In this document: in pieces, positions 26,066 through 35,597 of the stretch
How the letters are laid out: every line of letters begins with the position of its first letter
How positions within the stretch are numbered: the first letter of the stretch is position 1
The notes under the pieces: generated by a model
The model's input: the letters and a program-made list of their open reading frames with translations, nothing else
What the model was told of the DNA's origin: nothing
Databases searched by the model: none
Made by a program: the position numbers and the translations under genes
Source of the DNA: Thermoproteota archaeon
Lineage (GTDB): Archaea > Thermoproteota > EX4484-205 > JAAOZP01
Assembly: GCA_038861395.1 (NCBI GenBank)
Contig: JAWCDE010000002.1
Span: forward strand, 34,437-98,436
DNA length: 64,000 nt
Direction of reading: 5' to 3'

Positions 26066-28118
26066 CAGAGTAAGAGCTAAGACCCCGGTTCAAAGCCTGT
26101 TCCTAGATTTCCTACGAAATTTTAGAGACGAGAATAATGAGAGGAAATACTATGATCAGATAGCAGCCCTCCCCTCTCTCGGAGCATCATCCATCGTCAT
26201 AGATTTCCAAGACATGCTTTCCTATAACCGGGAGATCGTTGAAGAGATCGTTGAAAACCCTTCTGTCTTAGAAGAACTGGGAAGCATCGCCCTATCCATC
26301 TTGAGCAGTCTAGACAGAGACTATGCTTCAAAAATACAGCGGGTTGCTGTAAGGATAAGAGGCCTTGGAAAGAAGATATCGATTAGAGACATAAAGTCCA
26401 GCCTACTGGGGAAGCTAGTATGTTTCGAAGGGGTTGTGGTAAGGGCCTCTGAAATAAAAAGCATACTTGTGAAGGGGGTCTTCCAATGCAAGACTTGCGG
26501 CGGCATATACGAGGAGCCTCAGACAGGCCTCGTTTTAAAACCGCCGCGTTGCGACGTTTGTGGAACGAGCAAACTCTCGAATTTCGAATTACTGCAGGAC
26601 CGTTCTGAGTTCATGGATTACCAGGAGATAAGGGTTCAGGAGAAGCCTGAAGACCTGCCGGCGGGCGTGATGCCCCACAGTATAAATCTTAGGCTTACTG
26701 GAGATTTGACTGATCGAGTAAGGCCTGGGGATAGGGTTCAGATAACTGGAGTAGTAATCGCCACCCCCGACAGACATCCTCTGAAGAATCTTCAATATAC
26801 GACTTTCTCGCTCAGCATCGAGGTGAACTATATTGAAGCCTTAATGCAGGAGCTTGGAGAAGTCACGTTAACGCCTGAAGAAGAGAGGAAGATTATTGAA
26901 ATGAGCAAGGACCCATGGATATACCAGAAGCTGATAAAGTCTATAGCGCCATCCATATACGGTCTCGAAGAGATTAAGGAAGCAATCCTCCTGCAGATGG
27001 TTGGGGGAGTGAGGAGAACCTATCCTGACGGTGTGACCGTCAGGGGAGACATAAACCTGCTTCTAATAGGCGACCCTGGCACAGCTAAAAGCCAGCTTCT
27101 GAAATATGTTCAAAGGATAGCCCCAAGGGGGCTTTACACTTCTGGAAGAGGGGTTACGGCAGCCGGCTTAACAGCCGCGGTTGTCAGAGACAAAACCGGA
27201 AGCTTCACATTGGAGGCTGGTGCGGTAGTCCTTGCCGACAAGGGGATAGCTGCAATAGACGAGTTTGAGAAAATGAAGGCTGAGGACAGGGTTGCGATAC
27301 ACGAGGCGATGGAGCAACAGACAGTGAGCGTGGCGAAAGGAGGGATCGTGGCAACACTAAACGCTAGGACGGCCATACTCGCCGCAGCGAACCCAGTGTA
27401 TGGTAGGTATGACGACAGCCTTAATTTCAGCGAAAACGTTGACCTGCCCCCCACACTGCTCTCCAGGTTCGACCTATATTTCATAATAAAGGATAGGCCT
27501 GATAAAGAGGCGGATGCTAAGCTTTCAGACCATATCTTACAGCTGCACATGGAGGCCTACAACTACGGTGATGAAATCATCCCCCCAGATCTCCTAAGGA
27601 AGTACCTAGCGTATTGCAAGAGAATAGTGCCCAGGCTCACGCCTGAGGCAACTGAGAGGATTAGGAACTTCTTCCTCCAGCTTAGAGGCAGTAGTCAAGA
27701 GGCAAACGCTCCAATACCAATAACACCGAGACATTTAGAATCTCTGATAAGGCTGAGCGTGGCCAGAGCTAGGGTAATGCTAAGGGACGAGGTTACTGTT
27801 GAGGATGCGGAAGTAGCTATAAGACTCATGGATTACAGCCTGCGCACAGCTGGCTTAGATGTTTCAACTGGTAAGGTCGACATCGACATTTTAATGACAG
27901 GAAAATCCAGGAGCAGATGGGAGAAGATGCGGATAATATTGAAGGAAATAGAGAGCCTTGAAGCTGAAACCGGTAAAGCCCTTCTGAGCGAGCTGAGGAA
28001 AAGATGCGAAGAGAAGAAGATTGAACCAGATGAGTTTTACAAGCTCATAGAGCAGATGAGAGAGCAGGGAGTGATAATGTTCCCCGATGAGGAGACCGTT
28101 AGAAGAATAAGGCGTTGA
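26055..28118 (+). CDS. mcm: MCM replicative helicase
   Basis: Zn ribbon CKTCGG...CDVCG, Walker A LLIGDPGTAKSQ, Walker B AAIDEFEKM and arginine finger SRFDLYF. A C-terminal WH is present. 687 aa, no intein. Confidence 0.95.
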   Translation: MEDSRVRAKTPVQSLFLDFLRNFRDENNERKYYDQIAALPSLGASSIVIDFQDMLSYNREIVEEIVENPSVLEELGSIALSILSSLDRDYASKIQRVAVRIRGLGKKISIRDIKSSLLGKLVCFEGVVVRASEIKSILVKGVFQCKTCGGIYEEPQTGLVLKPPRCDVCGTSKLSNFELLQDRSEFMDYQEIRVQEKPEDLPAGVMPHSINLRLTGDLTDRVRPGDRVQITGVVIATPDRHPLKNLQYTTFSLSIEVNYIEALMQELGEVTLTPEEERKIIEMSKDPWIYQKLIKSIAPSIYGLEEIKEAILLQMVGGVRRTYPDGVTVRGDINLLLIGDPGTAKSQLLKYVQRIAPRGLYTSGRGVTAAGLTAAVVRDKTGSFTLEAGAVVLADKGIAAIDEFEKMKAEDRVAIHEAMEQQTVSVAKGGIVATLNARTAILAAANPVYGRYDDSLNFSENVDLPPTLLSRFDLYFIIKDRPDKEADAKLSDHILQLHMEAYNYGDEIIPPDLLRKYLAYCKRIVPRLTPEATERIRNFFLQLRGSSQEANAPIPITPRHLESLIRLSVARARVMLRDEVTVEDAEVAIRLMDYSLRTAGLDVSTGKVDIDILMTGKSRSRWEKMRIILKEIESLEAETGKALLSELRKRCEEKKIEPDEFYKLIEQMREQGVIMFPDEETVRRIRR

Positions 28119-28119
28119 A

Positions 28120-30333
28120 ATGGATTTAGAAGAACTGCCAATAGGAGAAGAGGCTAAGAGGGAGCTTAAGAAGGCTGGTTTTAAAACGCTTTACCCGCCT
28201 CAGGAACAAGCAGTTAAGGCAGGGTTATTCCAAGGGGAAAACCTGCTCTTGGCTGTGCCTACTGCCTCTGGTAAAACTCTGGTTGCACAGCTTGCTGCGA
28301 TATACAAGCTTGAGAAGGAAAGCGGTAAAACCGTGTATTTGGTCCCACTCAGAGCAATAGCTTGGGAGAAATATGTTGATTTCAGCATCCTACGAGGAAT
28401 AGAGGGTTTTAAAGGGAAGAAGATTCGAATAGCTCTAGCAACCGGGGACTACGATTCTAAGGCCGAGGAGCTTGCTGACTACGACGTAATAGTCGCAACA
28501 TACGAGAAGTTCGACTCGATAATTAGGCATAGGCCGAGATGGATAAACGAAGTAAACCTTGTTATTTTTGACGAAATACACTACGTGGATTCTGAAGACC
28601 GGGGCCCCGGCATAGAAACATTAGTATCCTTCACTAAGGCAATCCTGCCCAGGGCCCAGTTGATAGCTTTAAGCGCCACAGTTTCAAACGCTGAGGAGGT
28701 TGCGAAATGGCTTGGTGCAAAATGCATAGTTTCCGAGTGGAGGCCCGTTAACCTTAGGGAAGGGGTTCTCCACGGCTCTAGGATATTTTTCAAAGACGGT
28801 GAAGTCGTTGAGCTGAAGGATGAGTTCGAAGAACCTCTGCACTCGCTGCTCGCCTACTCGCTTAAGGATGGTGGCCAAGCTCTTTTCTTCGTCGAAACGA
28901 GAAAGAAGACAGTATACTTGGCGAGGAAGCTTTCCTCAGTATCTTACCTATTTCTCTCCGAGTCTGAGAGAAAGAGGCTGAAGGAGCTTGCGGGAGAAAT
29001 AAGAGAGAATAGCGAGTCAACGATAATCGGAGAGGATCTTGCGAGTGTTGTTGAAAAGGGAGTTGCCTTCCACCACGCAGGGTTAACTAGTTTCCAGCGT
29101 AGGATGGTCGAGGAAGCGTTTAGAGAACGGTTTTTAAAAGTAATAACAGCAACCCCAACCCTCGCGGCGGGGGTTAACCTTCCCGCAAGAGTTGTCTGCG
29201 TAACCTCGGTTAACAGATTCGACCCTGAAACGCACACGAGCAGCATGATACCCATCATGGAGTACAAGCAGATGGCTGGGAGGGCGGGCAGACCCAAGTA
29301 CGACAGGTTTGGAGAAGCAATCATATACGCTAGGAGCGAGAGAGACATAGACTACCTGATGGCCAAGTATATCGAGTCTACTGCTGAACCAATAGAATCT
29401 AAGCTCGGTCTCGGAACATATTTTTCAACAGCCGTACTCGCGTCGGTTGCCAGTGGGATAGCGGTTGACGTTGAAAGCATTCTCGAAGTATTCAGAAACA
29501 CGCTCTACCATGTTCAGAAAGGGAGGGGGGTTTCAAACAGGGTTAAGAGGGTTCTTAAAATACTTATGGGGGACGGGCTCATAATCAGGAGTAACGGTTT
29601 CCTCGAGGCAACACCTCTGGGGAGGAGGATATCAGAATTATATATTTCACCATCGACTGGCATATTGTTTTTAAACGGTCTAAAGAATAAGCCGCAGTCC
29701 TTCACAGAGGTCAGTGGCCTAAACCTGATATGCGCATCTCCAGACATGAGGCCCAGGTTCAGCGTAACCGACTCAACCGAGAACTTTGTAATTGATTTCG
29801 TAGGAAAACATGAGTCAGAGCTGTATCTCGACATTGAGGATATTAGTCCGATGGAAACCTACAAGACAATGACGGTGCTCTGGATGTGGATAAACGAGTA
29901 TAGCGAGGACGATATTTATCTTAAGCTGGGCGTAGAACCCGGAGACCTTTATGCCTGCAAGGAGACGGCACAGTGGTTAGCATACTCCGCTAAGGAGATA
30001 GCTAGGCTCATCAAAGATTATGATGCTTTAAAGAAGCTTGAGGAGCTTGAGGCTAGAATAGAATACGGCGTTAAGCCAGAGCTATTGGAACTAGTATCTT
30101 CACTCGAAGGCATTGGCAGAGTAAGAGCAAGACGACTATTCAGCCATGGTTTTAAAAAGCTTTCCGACATCGCCTCAGCCAGTGTGAACGAGCTTTCCAG
30201 AATACCGGGGATAGGCCAGAAGCTAGCATTAAGCATAAAGAAGGAAGCCGGAGGCATAATACACAAAGAGGAGTGGGAGAAAAGAAAGGGGGGAGAAAGG
30301 ATTCAAACAAGCCTTGCTGAATTTAACGATTGA
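28120..30333 (+). CDS. hel308: Hel308/Hjm (Ski2-like) DNA helicase
   Basis: AVPTASGKT, FDEIHYV, ALSATVSN, HHAGL and QMAGRAGRP. The C-terminal HhH is GIGRVRARRL. It starts 1 nt after the mcm stop. Confidence 0.92.
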   Translation: MDLEELPIGEEAKRELKKAGFKTLYPPQEQAVKAGLFQGENLLLAVPTASGKTLVAQLAAIYKLEKESGKTVYLVPLRAIAWEKYVDFSILRGIEGFKGKKIRIALATGDYDSKAEELADYDVIVATYEKFDSIIRHRPRWINEVNLVIFDEIHYVDSEDRGPGIETLVSFTKAILPRAQLIALSATVSNAEEVAKWLGAKCIVSEWRPVNLREGVLHGSRIFFKDGEVVELKDEFEEPLHSLLAYSLKDGGQALFFVETRKKTVYLARKLSSVSYLFLSESERKRLKELAGEIRENSESTIIGEDLASVVEKGVAFHHAGLTSFQRRMVEEAFRERFLKVITATPTLAAGVNLPARVVCVTSVNRFDPETHTSSMIPIMEYKQMAGRAGRPKYDRFGEAIIYARSERDIDYLMAKYIESTAEPIESKLGLGTYFSTAVLASVASGIAVDVESILEVFRNTLYHVQKGRGVSNRVKRVLKILMGDGLIIRSNGFLEATPLGRRISELYISPSTGILFLNGLKNKPQSFTEVSGLNLICASPDMRPRFSVTDSTENFVIDFVGKHESELYLDIEDISPMETYKTMTVLWMWINEYSEDDIYLKLGVEPGDLYACKETAQWLAYSAKEIARLIKDYDALKKLEELEARIEYGVKPELLELVSSLEGIGRVRARRLFSHGFKKLSDIASASVNELSRIPGIGQKLALSIKKEAGGIIHKEEWEKRKGGERIQTSLAEFND

Positions 30334-30432
30334 TTTACAATTATCAAGATTAAAAGGTCGAAAATATTGTGGTGAATTATCAATACTTTTTACGAGTAGA
30401 TTAAATAGCCTGTTCCAGTAGAAACCTGGGTA

Positions 30433-31167
30433 ATGGATTGCAGCAAGGTACTAGGTCTGCCAGTTAAAGACATTTATGAGAGGGAAGTTGGAACCCTTGT
30501 TGGCTTTGAGATCGATTCCAGGGGGATGCCCTCCAGTTTCTTCATAATGATGCCAAATGGGAGCTTCCTAAAGGTTGATGGAGAAGCTGTTGAAGCTGGG
30601 AAAGAATACGTGGTTTTGAAAAACTTCTGGAAGATAAAGGCTGAGAGCCTAATAAGAGGGATCGAGATAACTAAAAGGAGAATAGAAGCTCTTGAAAAGC
30701 TCAGGCAAGATCATCAGATACCTACCAACATTTACGATGAGCTTAAGAACGTGTATACGAAGGATATGGTTGAGCTCAACAACAGGGTTGTCGAACTTGT
30801 TTCAGAGCTTAGTAAGGTACAGGAAGAGCTTAAGAGTAGGCTTGACATGTTAACCAGAATAAGATCTATAAACAGGGTTCAGCTTTCCACAGGAGAAGTC
30901 GATGAAATAGGCTACAAGGCTGCGGAAACCATGATAGAATCAAACCTAGACATAACGCTTCTAGAGATAAAGGAGACAGAGTCGATACTAGCCAGGTTGA
31001 AAAACCTGAAACAGAGAGTTTCTCACGAAGCAACCATACCTCAAAGAAGCAACTTTATAGAGCTTTTAAGAGCCATTAACAGCAGTAGGCAGCAGAGCGT
31101 TGACAGCCCGCTTGTCGTCAGGCTTCAGAGCGTTATGCAGAGCCAGCAACAGAAAGAAACACTCTAG
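30433..31167 (+). CDS. cdvA: cell division protein CdvA
   Basis: PRC-barrel-like N-terminus GLPVKDIYEREVGTLVGFEI...KIKAESL. The coiled-coil middle has IPTNIYDELK and STGEVDEIGYKAAETMI. The C-terminal PLVVRLQSV tail resembles the ESCRT-III-binding peptide. It is colinear with Sulfolobus CdvA as I recall it. Confidence 0.8.
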   Translation: MDCSKVLGLPVKDIYEREVGTLVGFEIDSRGMPSSFFIMMPNGSFLKVDGEAVEAGKEYVVLKNFWKIKAESLIRGIEITKRRIEALEKLRQDHQIPTNIYDELKNVYTKDMVELNNRVVELVSELSKVQEELKSRLDMLTRIRSINRVQLSTGEVDEIGYKAAETMIESNLDITLLEIKETESILARLKNLKQRVSHEATIPQRSNFIELLRAINSSRQQSVDSPLVVRLQSVMQSQQQKETL

Positions 31168-31169
31168 TA

Positions 31170-32197
31170 TTACAATCCCTCGGGGCCAAGGTATACGGTG
31201 TCCTCAGCGTCGGGACCAGTGCCAACTATGGTGACTGGCACTCCCGTTTCATCCTGAATCTTCTTGAGGAAATCTATGCATTCTCGGGAGAGAGACTCCC
31301 TCCTCCTGGCTTTGGAGCACTCTGGGAAAAGAACATCCACCTTGGTTACTGCTATCTGCGTAGCTCCATTAACCCTGGCTGCACGTTTAGCCATCTGGAA
31401 ATTGAATGGCGCAGCCCTCCTGAGCCTGCCTGTTACAGTACCCCTTTCCACAAAGCCTCTTTTCTCAGCCTCTTCAGGAGAAAGCTCGTTCTCAAGAGGC
31501 CCTTTGCCTACTCTTGTCACAAAGCTTTTTAGAACAAGCATGACTTCGTCAACCTTTTTCGGACTTACTCCAACTTCGCTGCAGACTGCTGCAGCAGTAG
31601 TGTCCCTCCCAGTTACGTACGGATATGTACCGTGGTAGAGGCTTAGGTAGAAGCCTTGCGTACCCTCTAGGTGAATCGTCTCCCCCCTGTCTAGTGCAGA
31701 GTTAACTTCTTCAGAAGCATCCGTAACATATTTTTTCAGCTCGGGCAGGTCTCTGACGAGCTTTGCCTTCCTAGCAACCCTGTCTATGAGAGCGGGGGAA
31801 ACACCCGTGCCGGTGGTGCCTATGAACTCCCTGAAAAAGTCACTACCCCTGTCAGCATCAATATGCTTCTGCTCGATTACAGAAGCCTTCTCGTCGATGA
31901 ATACTCTTCCCTCGACGCCGAGCGCCTCAACCTCGCTCATAAACACTTTAGGGTCTACGTTAGCCCCAGCACCTATAAGCAGTCTTGTCTCAGGAACCAG
32001 GAATGCACTCGGTACTATTCTAAGCCTGTATGTATTACCCTTGTAAACTACGGTGTGGCCAGCGTTTACAGAACCGACTCTCACAGCTATCTTCGGACGC
32101 TCCTTAAGTGCCAGGAATGCGGCGACTTTTCCTTCTAGGGACCTTCGACCGGTTTTCCCTCGTCGCCGAAGAATCCTGACACTATTACTGTAAGCAT
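31170..32197 (-). CDS. purA: adenylosuccinate synthetase, reading frame interrupted by a 20-nt insert (candidate mRNA intron; alternatively frameshifted pseudogene)
   Basis: ATG 32197 encodes MLTVIVSGFFGDEGK and then hits UAG. The body (31170..32132) encodes GKVAAFLALKERPKIAVRVGSVNAGHTVV...GTTGTGVSP...GTVTGRLRR in the other frame. Removing 20 nt restores GDEGKGK and gives a 335-aa archaeal-type PurA. The ORF-track version (GTG 32084) lacks the P-loop. Confidence 0.8.
32135..32154 (-). other. 20-nt insert in purA with bulge-helix-bulge-like fold (candidate BHB intron)
   Basis: mRNA: GGCGAC G [AGGG](AAA)[ACC]GGUCGAA[GGU][CCCU](AGA)AGGAAAA GUCGCC. It has a 4-bp central helix and a 3-nt bulge closed by a 3-bp helix. 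The second cleavage site lies 2 nt 3' of the helix. An exon-exon helix flanks the motif. The excised segment is equivalent to 32133..32152 because of the flanking A residues. Confidence 0.5.
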
Positions 32198-32228
32198 GCT
32201 AGCTCACACACGGTTTTGAAAACAGGAG

Positions 32229-32240
32229 TATAAAGCTTTT
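32229..32240 (-). promoter_or_regulatory. BRE/TATA-like element upstream of purA
   Basis: Minus strand AAAAGCTTTATA, about 35 nt upstream of ATG 32197. Confidence 0.4.
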
Positions 32241-32283
32241 TCCATATTGTTTTTAAGCCCAGTTTAACTATTAATCGATAGAG

Positions 32284-33012
32284 TTGATGAAGATCAAGTA
32301 TGGATGCTGCGGGTTCCCTCTTTCGATGAGCAGGTATTTTTCAGAATTCAGCCTCGTAGAACTCCAGTCTACCTTCTACAAACTCCCCATGGTCAAGACC
32401 GCGGAGAAATGGAGGAGCCAAGCGTCTGAGGATTTCGAATTCACTCTAAAGGCATGGCAGGGGGTCACACACCCGCCTGAAAGCCCAACTTGGAAAAGGA
32501 GCGGTTTAAGTAAGGGGGAGCTTAAGGACTATGGAAGCTTCAACCCTTCCAGGAAGGTCTTTGAAGCATGGGATAGGACTCTGGAGATTGCTAAGAGCCT
32601 ACGTGCAAGGATAATAGTTTTTCAAACTCCCCCGAGCTTTAATCCTTCTCCGAAGAACATTGACAACATGAAGAAGTTTTTTAAAGAGATAGATAGGGGA
32701 GGAAGGGTTCTCGCCTGGGAGCCTCGTGGAGAATGGTTGGAAAATAAAAGTGTTACAAGAGGCCTATTGGAGAAGCTTGAGTTGACCCATGTGGTAGACC
32801 CGTTTTGGGATCAACCTCTTACTACTGGAATATATTATTTCAGGCTCCACGGTCTTGGGAAAAGGTATAATTACAGTTACGAATACAGCCTTGAGGATTT
32901 GAAAAAGCTCAAGAACCTGATAGAAGGTTTAAAGAGCGCCGAGGAGGTATACGTCTTATTCAACAATAAGAAGATGCTTGATTCTGCGAAGCTGTTTGCT
33001 AGCCTCCTTTGA
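32284..33012 (+). CDS. DUF72 family protein
   Basis: YGCCGFPLSMSRYFSEFSLVELQSTFYKLP resembles the DUF72 N-terminal signature (G.sGW...Y...f..vEiNstFY..P). Confidence 0.6.
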   Translation: MMKIKYGCCGFPLSMSRYFSEFSLVELQSTFYKLPMVKTAEKWRSQASEDFEFTLKAWQGVTHPPESPTWKRSGLSKGELKDYGSFNPSRKVFEAWDRTLEIAKSLRARIIVFQTPPSFNPSPKNIDNMKKFFKEIDRGGRVLAWEPRGEWLENKSVTRGLLEKLELTHVVDPFWDQPLTTGIYYFRLHGLGKRYNYSYEYSLEDLKKLKNLIEGLKSAEEVYVLFNNKKMLDSAKLFASLL

Positions 33013-34411
33013 GCATCGGGGAGAAGGGGTGTATGCATTTTTCTAGGAAAGAGAGATAATCCTGGTTATCCACGGCTTCAACAACGTCTTCGCCGAACCT
33101 CATCTTGCTTTCAGAAAGCGCTCTCATAATATTTTCTGGAAAACCTTTGAGGAACTCGCTTGAAGAAAAGGCTTTCGAAACAATCTCGCTTACATCCCTA
33201 GCCTTTGGTCTCAGTATGGTCCACCACCTCCCGTTTCTCGGAAACGGTTGAACCAACGTCCTCTCATTGCCCAAGTATGTTTCGACAAATATTGGAACGT
33301 TACTGCTGAAATAAGGTGGGCCCATGTGTAGGGTTGCTGCTCTTTTTTCACACTCTTCGAGTATGAAGAGCAATACGACGTTCTTATCCTCGTCGCTCCA
33401 AACCTTATCCATTAAGACCCTGAACTCATTATCCTCCAGAAGCATGCTGAGCCTTGAGAGCAGCCTATACGCCTGCCCCCATAGAATGTCTGGAATATTA
33501 GTCCAAGCCGGCATCGTTATCGAAAACATGTTCAGACCCCTACTCCTCACGATCTCTCTAAGCTCTTCTTTAGAGGCCCGGTACATTGGGTAGAAGAAGC
33601 TGATGGAGGGATTCTTAAGCATCGAGTGCGCAGCATACTGGGCTATGCTGAGGCTCTCTCCGCTCACAGCCGCAGCCACGTTCCTAAGCTCGTCAACAGG
33701 ATCTATCACGCATATTAGACTATCCCTGGCCTTTCTATGCAATTCCTCCTCCCTACCCCTGTATAGCTCTCCTGGATCCAATATTAATGGGGGTTTGAAT
33801 GAAGCCAGTCTTTCCAGAGTCTTCTCGAAACCGCCTAGCGAGTACACTAGTAGTTCAACCAAGAAGCCGCTGAAGCCCCTTGTCTTTATCTCGGCGCCGT
33901 AAACCCCTATGCCTTTAAAGAACTTCTTCAAAAGGCGTGCTTCATCCCTCATATCAGGGCTGAGCTTCTCCTTCACGAACTCTGTATGAAAAACAGTCCT
34001 GTCAGTAGCACTCCTATAGGCTCCTTTCTCAACTCTGTAGCACGGCACTATGTCTACATTGATTCCCTCAATCCTAACGGTTACGTAAGGATGCTCAGCG
34101 AACCTAAGCCTACATTTCTCGGAACCGAAAATCTTCTTAACATTGTCTATCAATACCCTGCCCATCTCCTCCTTCTTCCACTTTATCGGGAATCTTACGA
34201 AAACGTCTGCATCGGTTTCTCCGCTCAACCAAGTATCCTTAGCCACCGAGCCTTCGACAAGCACGTCTACCTCAGGCTCCAGATTCTTTAATTCTTCTCG
34301 GAGCGTTGAAACAACTTTGGAGAGAACATGATTCATGTGATCCCTCTCCTCTGGACTTGGCTTAATCCGCTTTAAAACCTCTTGAACAACCTCTTGCAGG
34401 CTACCTGACAT
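32999..34411 (-). CDS. cca: CCA-adding tRNA nucleotidyltransferase (archaeal class I)
   Basis: Catalytic GSVAKDTWLSGETDADVFV and the RFAEHPYV motif. 470 aa. Confidence 0.88.
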   Translation of the reverse strand: MSGSLQEVVQEVLKRIKPSPEERDHMNHVLSKVVSTLREELKNLEPEVDVLVEGSVAKDTWLSGETDADVFVRFPIKWKKEEMGRVLIDNVKKIFGSEKCRLRFAEHPYVTVRIEGINVDIVPCYRVEKGAYRSATDRTVFHTEFVKEKLSPDMRDEARLLKKFFKGIGVYGAEIKTRGFSGFLVELLVYSLGGFEKTLERLASFKPPLILDPGELYRGREEELHRKARDSLICVIDPVDELRNVAAAVSGESLSIAQYAAHSMLKNPSISFFYPMYRASKEELREIVRSRGLNMFSITMPAWTNIPDILWGQAYRLLSRLSMLLEDNEFRVLMDKVWSDEDKNVVLLFILEECEKRAATLHMGPPYFSSNVPIFVETYLGNERTLVQPFPRNGRWWTILRPKARDVSEIVSKAFSSSEFLKGFPENIMRALSESKMRFGEDVVEAVDNQDYLSFLEKCIHPFSPMLKGG

Positions 34412-34433
34412 AGATTATACTCACCGAGGCCTA

Positions 34434-34985
34434 TTAATCAATTTTTTCCCAGAGAGTCTCGTATATCGGCCCCCTGGGAGTCAAAGTGCTTTTCTTAAGC
34501 CTAAGCCTGCTAGTAGGGCTTTCACCTATGAGAATGTCAGCATTATTCTTGATGAAGAGTACGAGCTTGTCAATATTCACGCGACTCCTAACCCTTGCCA
34601 GAGTAATATGTGGAGAAAACTCTTCGCTCATTCTAAAACCTATGCTGGACAAAGCTTCCGAAACCCTCTTAGCCCTTTCAACAACCTCATCAGTACCCTT
34701 GCTGATTTTTGCGAATACGACTCTGGGTTGGGAGGCTGTTGGAAATGCTCCCAGTCCCCGGAGCTCTATCTCGAGCGGATGCCCTTCAACCCTGGAGAGG
34801 GCTTCGCATATCTTTTCAACCATGCTTTCATGAACCTCCCCTATGAAAAAGATGGTTATGTGGAGAATCCTAGTATCGACAAGTTTCAAGTCTGCACGCG
34901 TCTCAACCATCCTCCTCTGTATCTCAGATATTCTTCGGCTCAGGTTATCATTTTCAACGTCTAATGAGACGAAGACCCTGACCAT
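34434..34985 (-). CDS. thpR: RNA 2',3'-cyclic phosphodiesterase / 2'-5' RNA ligase (2H family)
   Basis: Two HxT motifs, LHITIFFIG and PHITLAR. 183 aa. Confidence 0.85.
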   Translation of the reverse strand: MVRVFVSLDVENDNLSRRISEIQRRMVETRADLKLVDTRILHITIFFIGEVHESMVEKICEALSRVEGHPLEIELRGLGAFPTASQPRVVFAKISKGTDEVVERAKRVSEALSSIGFRMSEEFSPHITLARVRSRVNIDKLVLFIKNNADILIGESPTSRLRLKKSTLTPRGPIYETLWEKID

Positions 34986-35021
34986 TCCCTACCAGTTTAA
35001 GGAGACGATTTATATACCTTA

Positions 35022-35597
35022 TTGCCATCTCAGAGATTGTTGAAACACCTGATACTCATAGCAGGAATGCCGGGCTCTGGGAAAACCACCGTCGCCAAGA
35101 TAATGGGCGAGGAGGGTTTACCAGTCGTGTCCATGGGGGATGCAGTTAGAGAAGAGGCTGAGGCACGTGGAATAGGCAAGAGCATAGTTGAAATGAGTAG
35201 GTTCATGGTTGAGCTGAGGAGGGAGCTTGGTGAAAACGCGGTTGCAATGCTTGCCGATAAGAAGATGGAGAAGATAGAGAGCAACGTTATAATTGTAGAC
35301 GGTGTTAGGTCCCTGAAAGAAGTTGAATACTTCAAGTCGAAAGGCTACTCTGTAACCAAGGTAGGCATATTATCGCCTGCAGAACTAAGATACCGCAGGC
35401 TTTCAAACAGGAATAGGCCGGACGATTCTAGAATACTTGAGGAGCTTGAGAAAAGAGACATGGTTGAGATCTCGGTTGGAGTAGGGGGAGTAATCGCTTT
35501 AAGCGATGTCTATGTGTTGAACGAGGGAAGTTTAGAAGACCTTAGAAAAAACACCTTGGAAAAACTACAGAGCATCCTCTCTAGAAAATCTCAATAG
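35022..35597 (+). CDS. P-loop nucleotide kinase-like protein (UPF0200/dephospho-CoA-kinase-like)
   Basis: LILIAGMPGSGKTTVAKIM...PVVSMGDAVREEA. The true start is probably a few codons downstream. Confidence 0.6.
   Translation: MPSQRLLKHLILIAGMPGSGKTTVAKIMGEEGLPVVSMGDAVREEAEARGIGKSIVEMSRFMVELRRELGENAVAMLADKKMEKIESNVIIVDGVRSLKEVEYFKSKGYSVTKVGILSPAELRYRRLSNRNRPDDSRILEELEKRDMVEISVGVGGVIALSDVYVLNEGSLEDLRKNTLEKLQSILSRKSQ

Noticed and set aside
32153-32159. Programmed -1 ribosomal frameshift on the heptamer G_GGA_AAA as the main explanation for the purA frame break.
   Set aside because: It would link the frames, but it would insert TGRRSLE into the middle of the GDEGKGK phosphate-binding loop. The 20-nt excision instead restores the consensus exactly and coincides with BHB-type cleavage geometry. 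It is not excluded experimentally.
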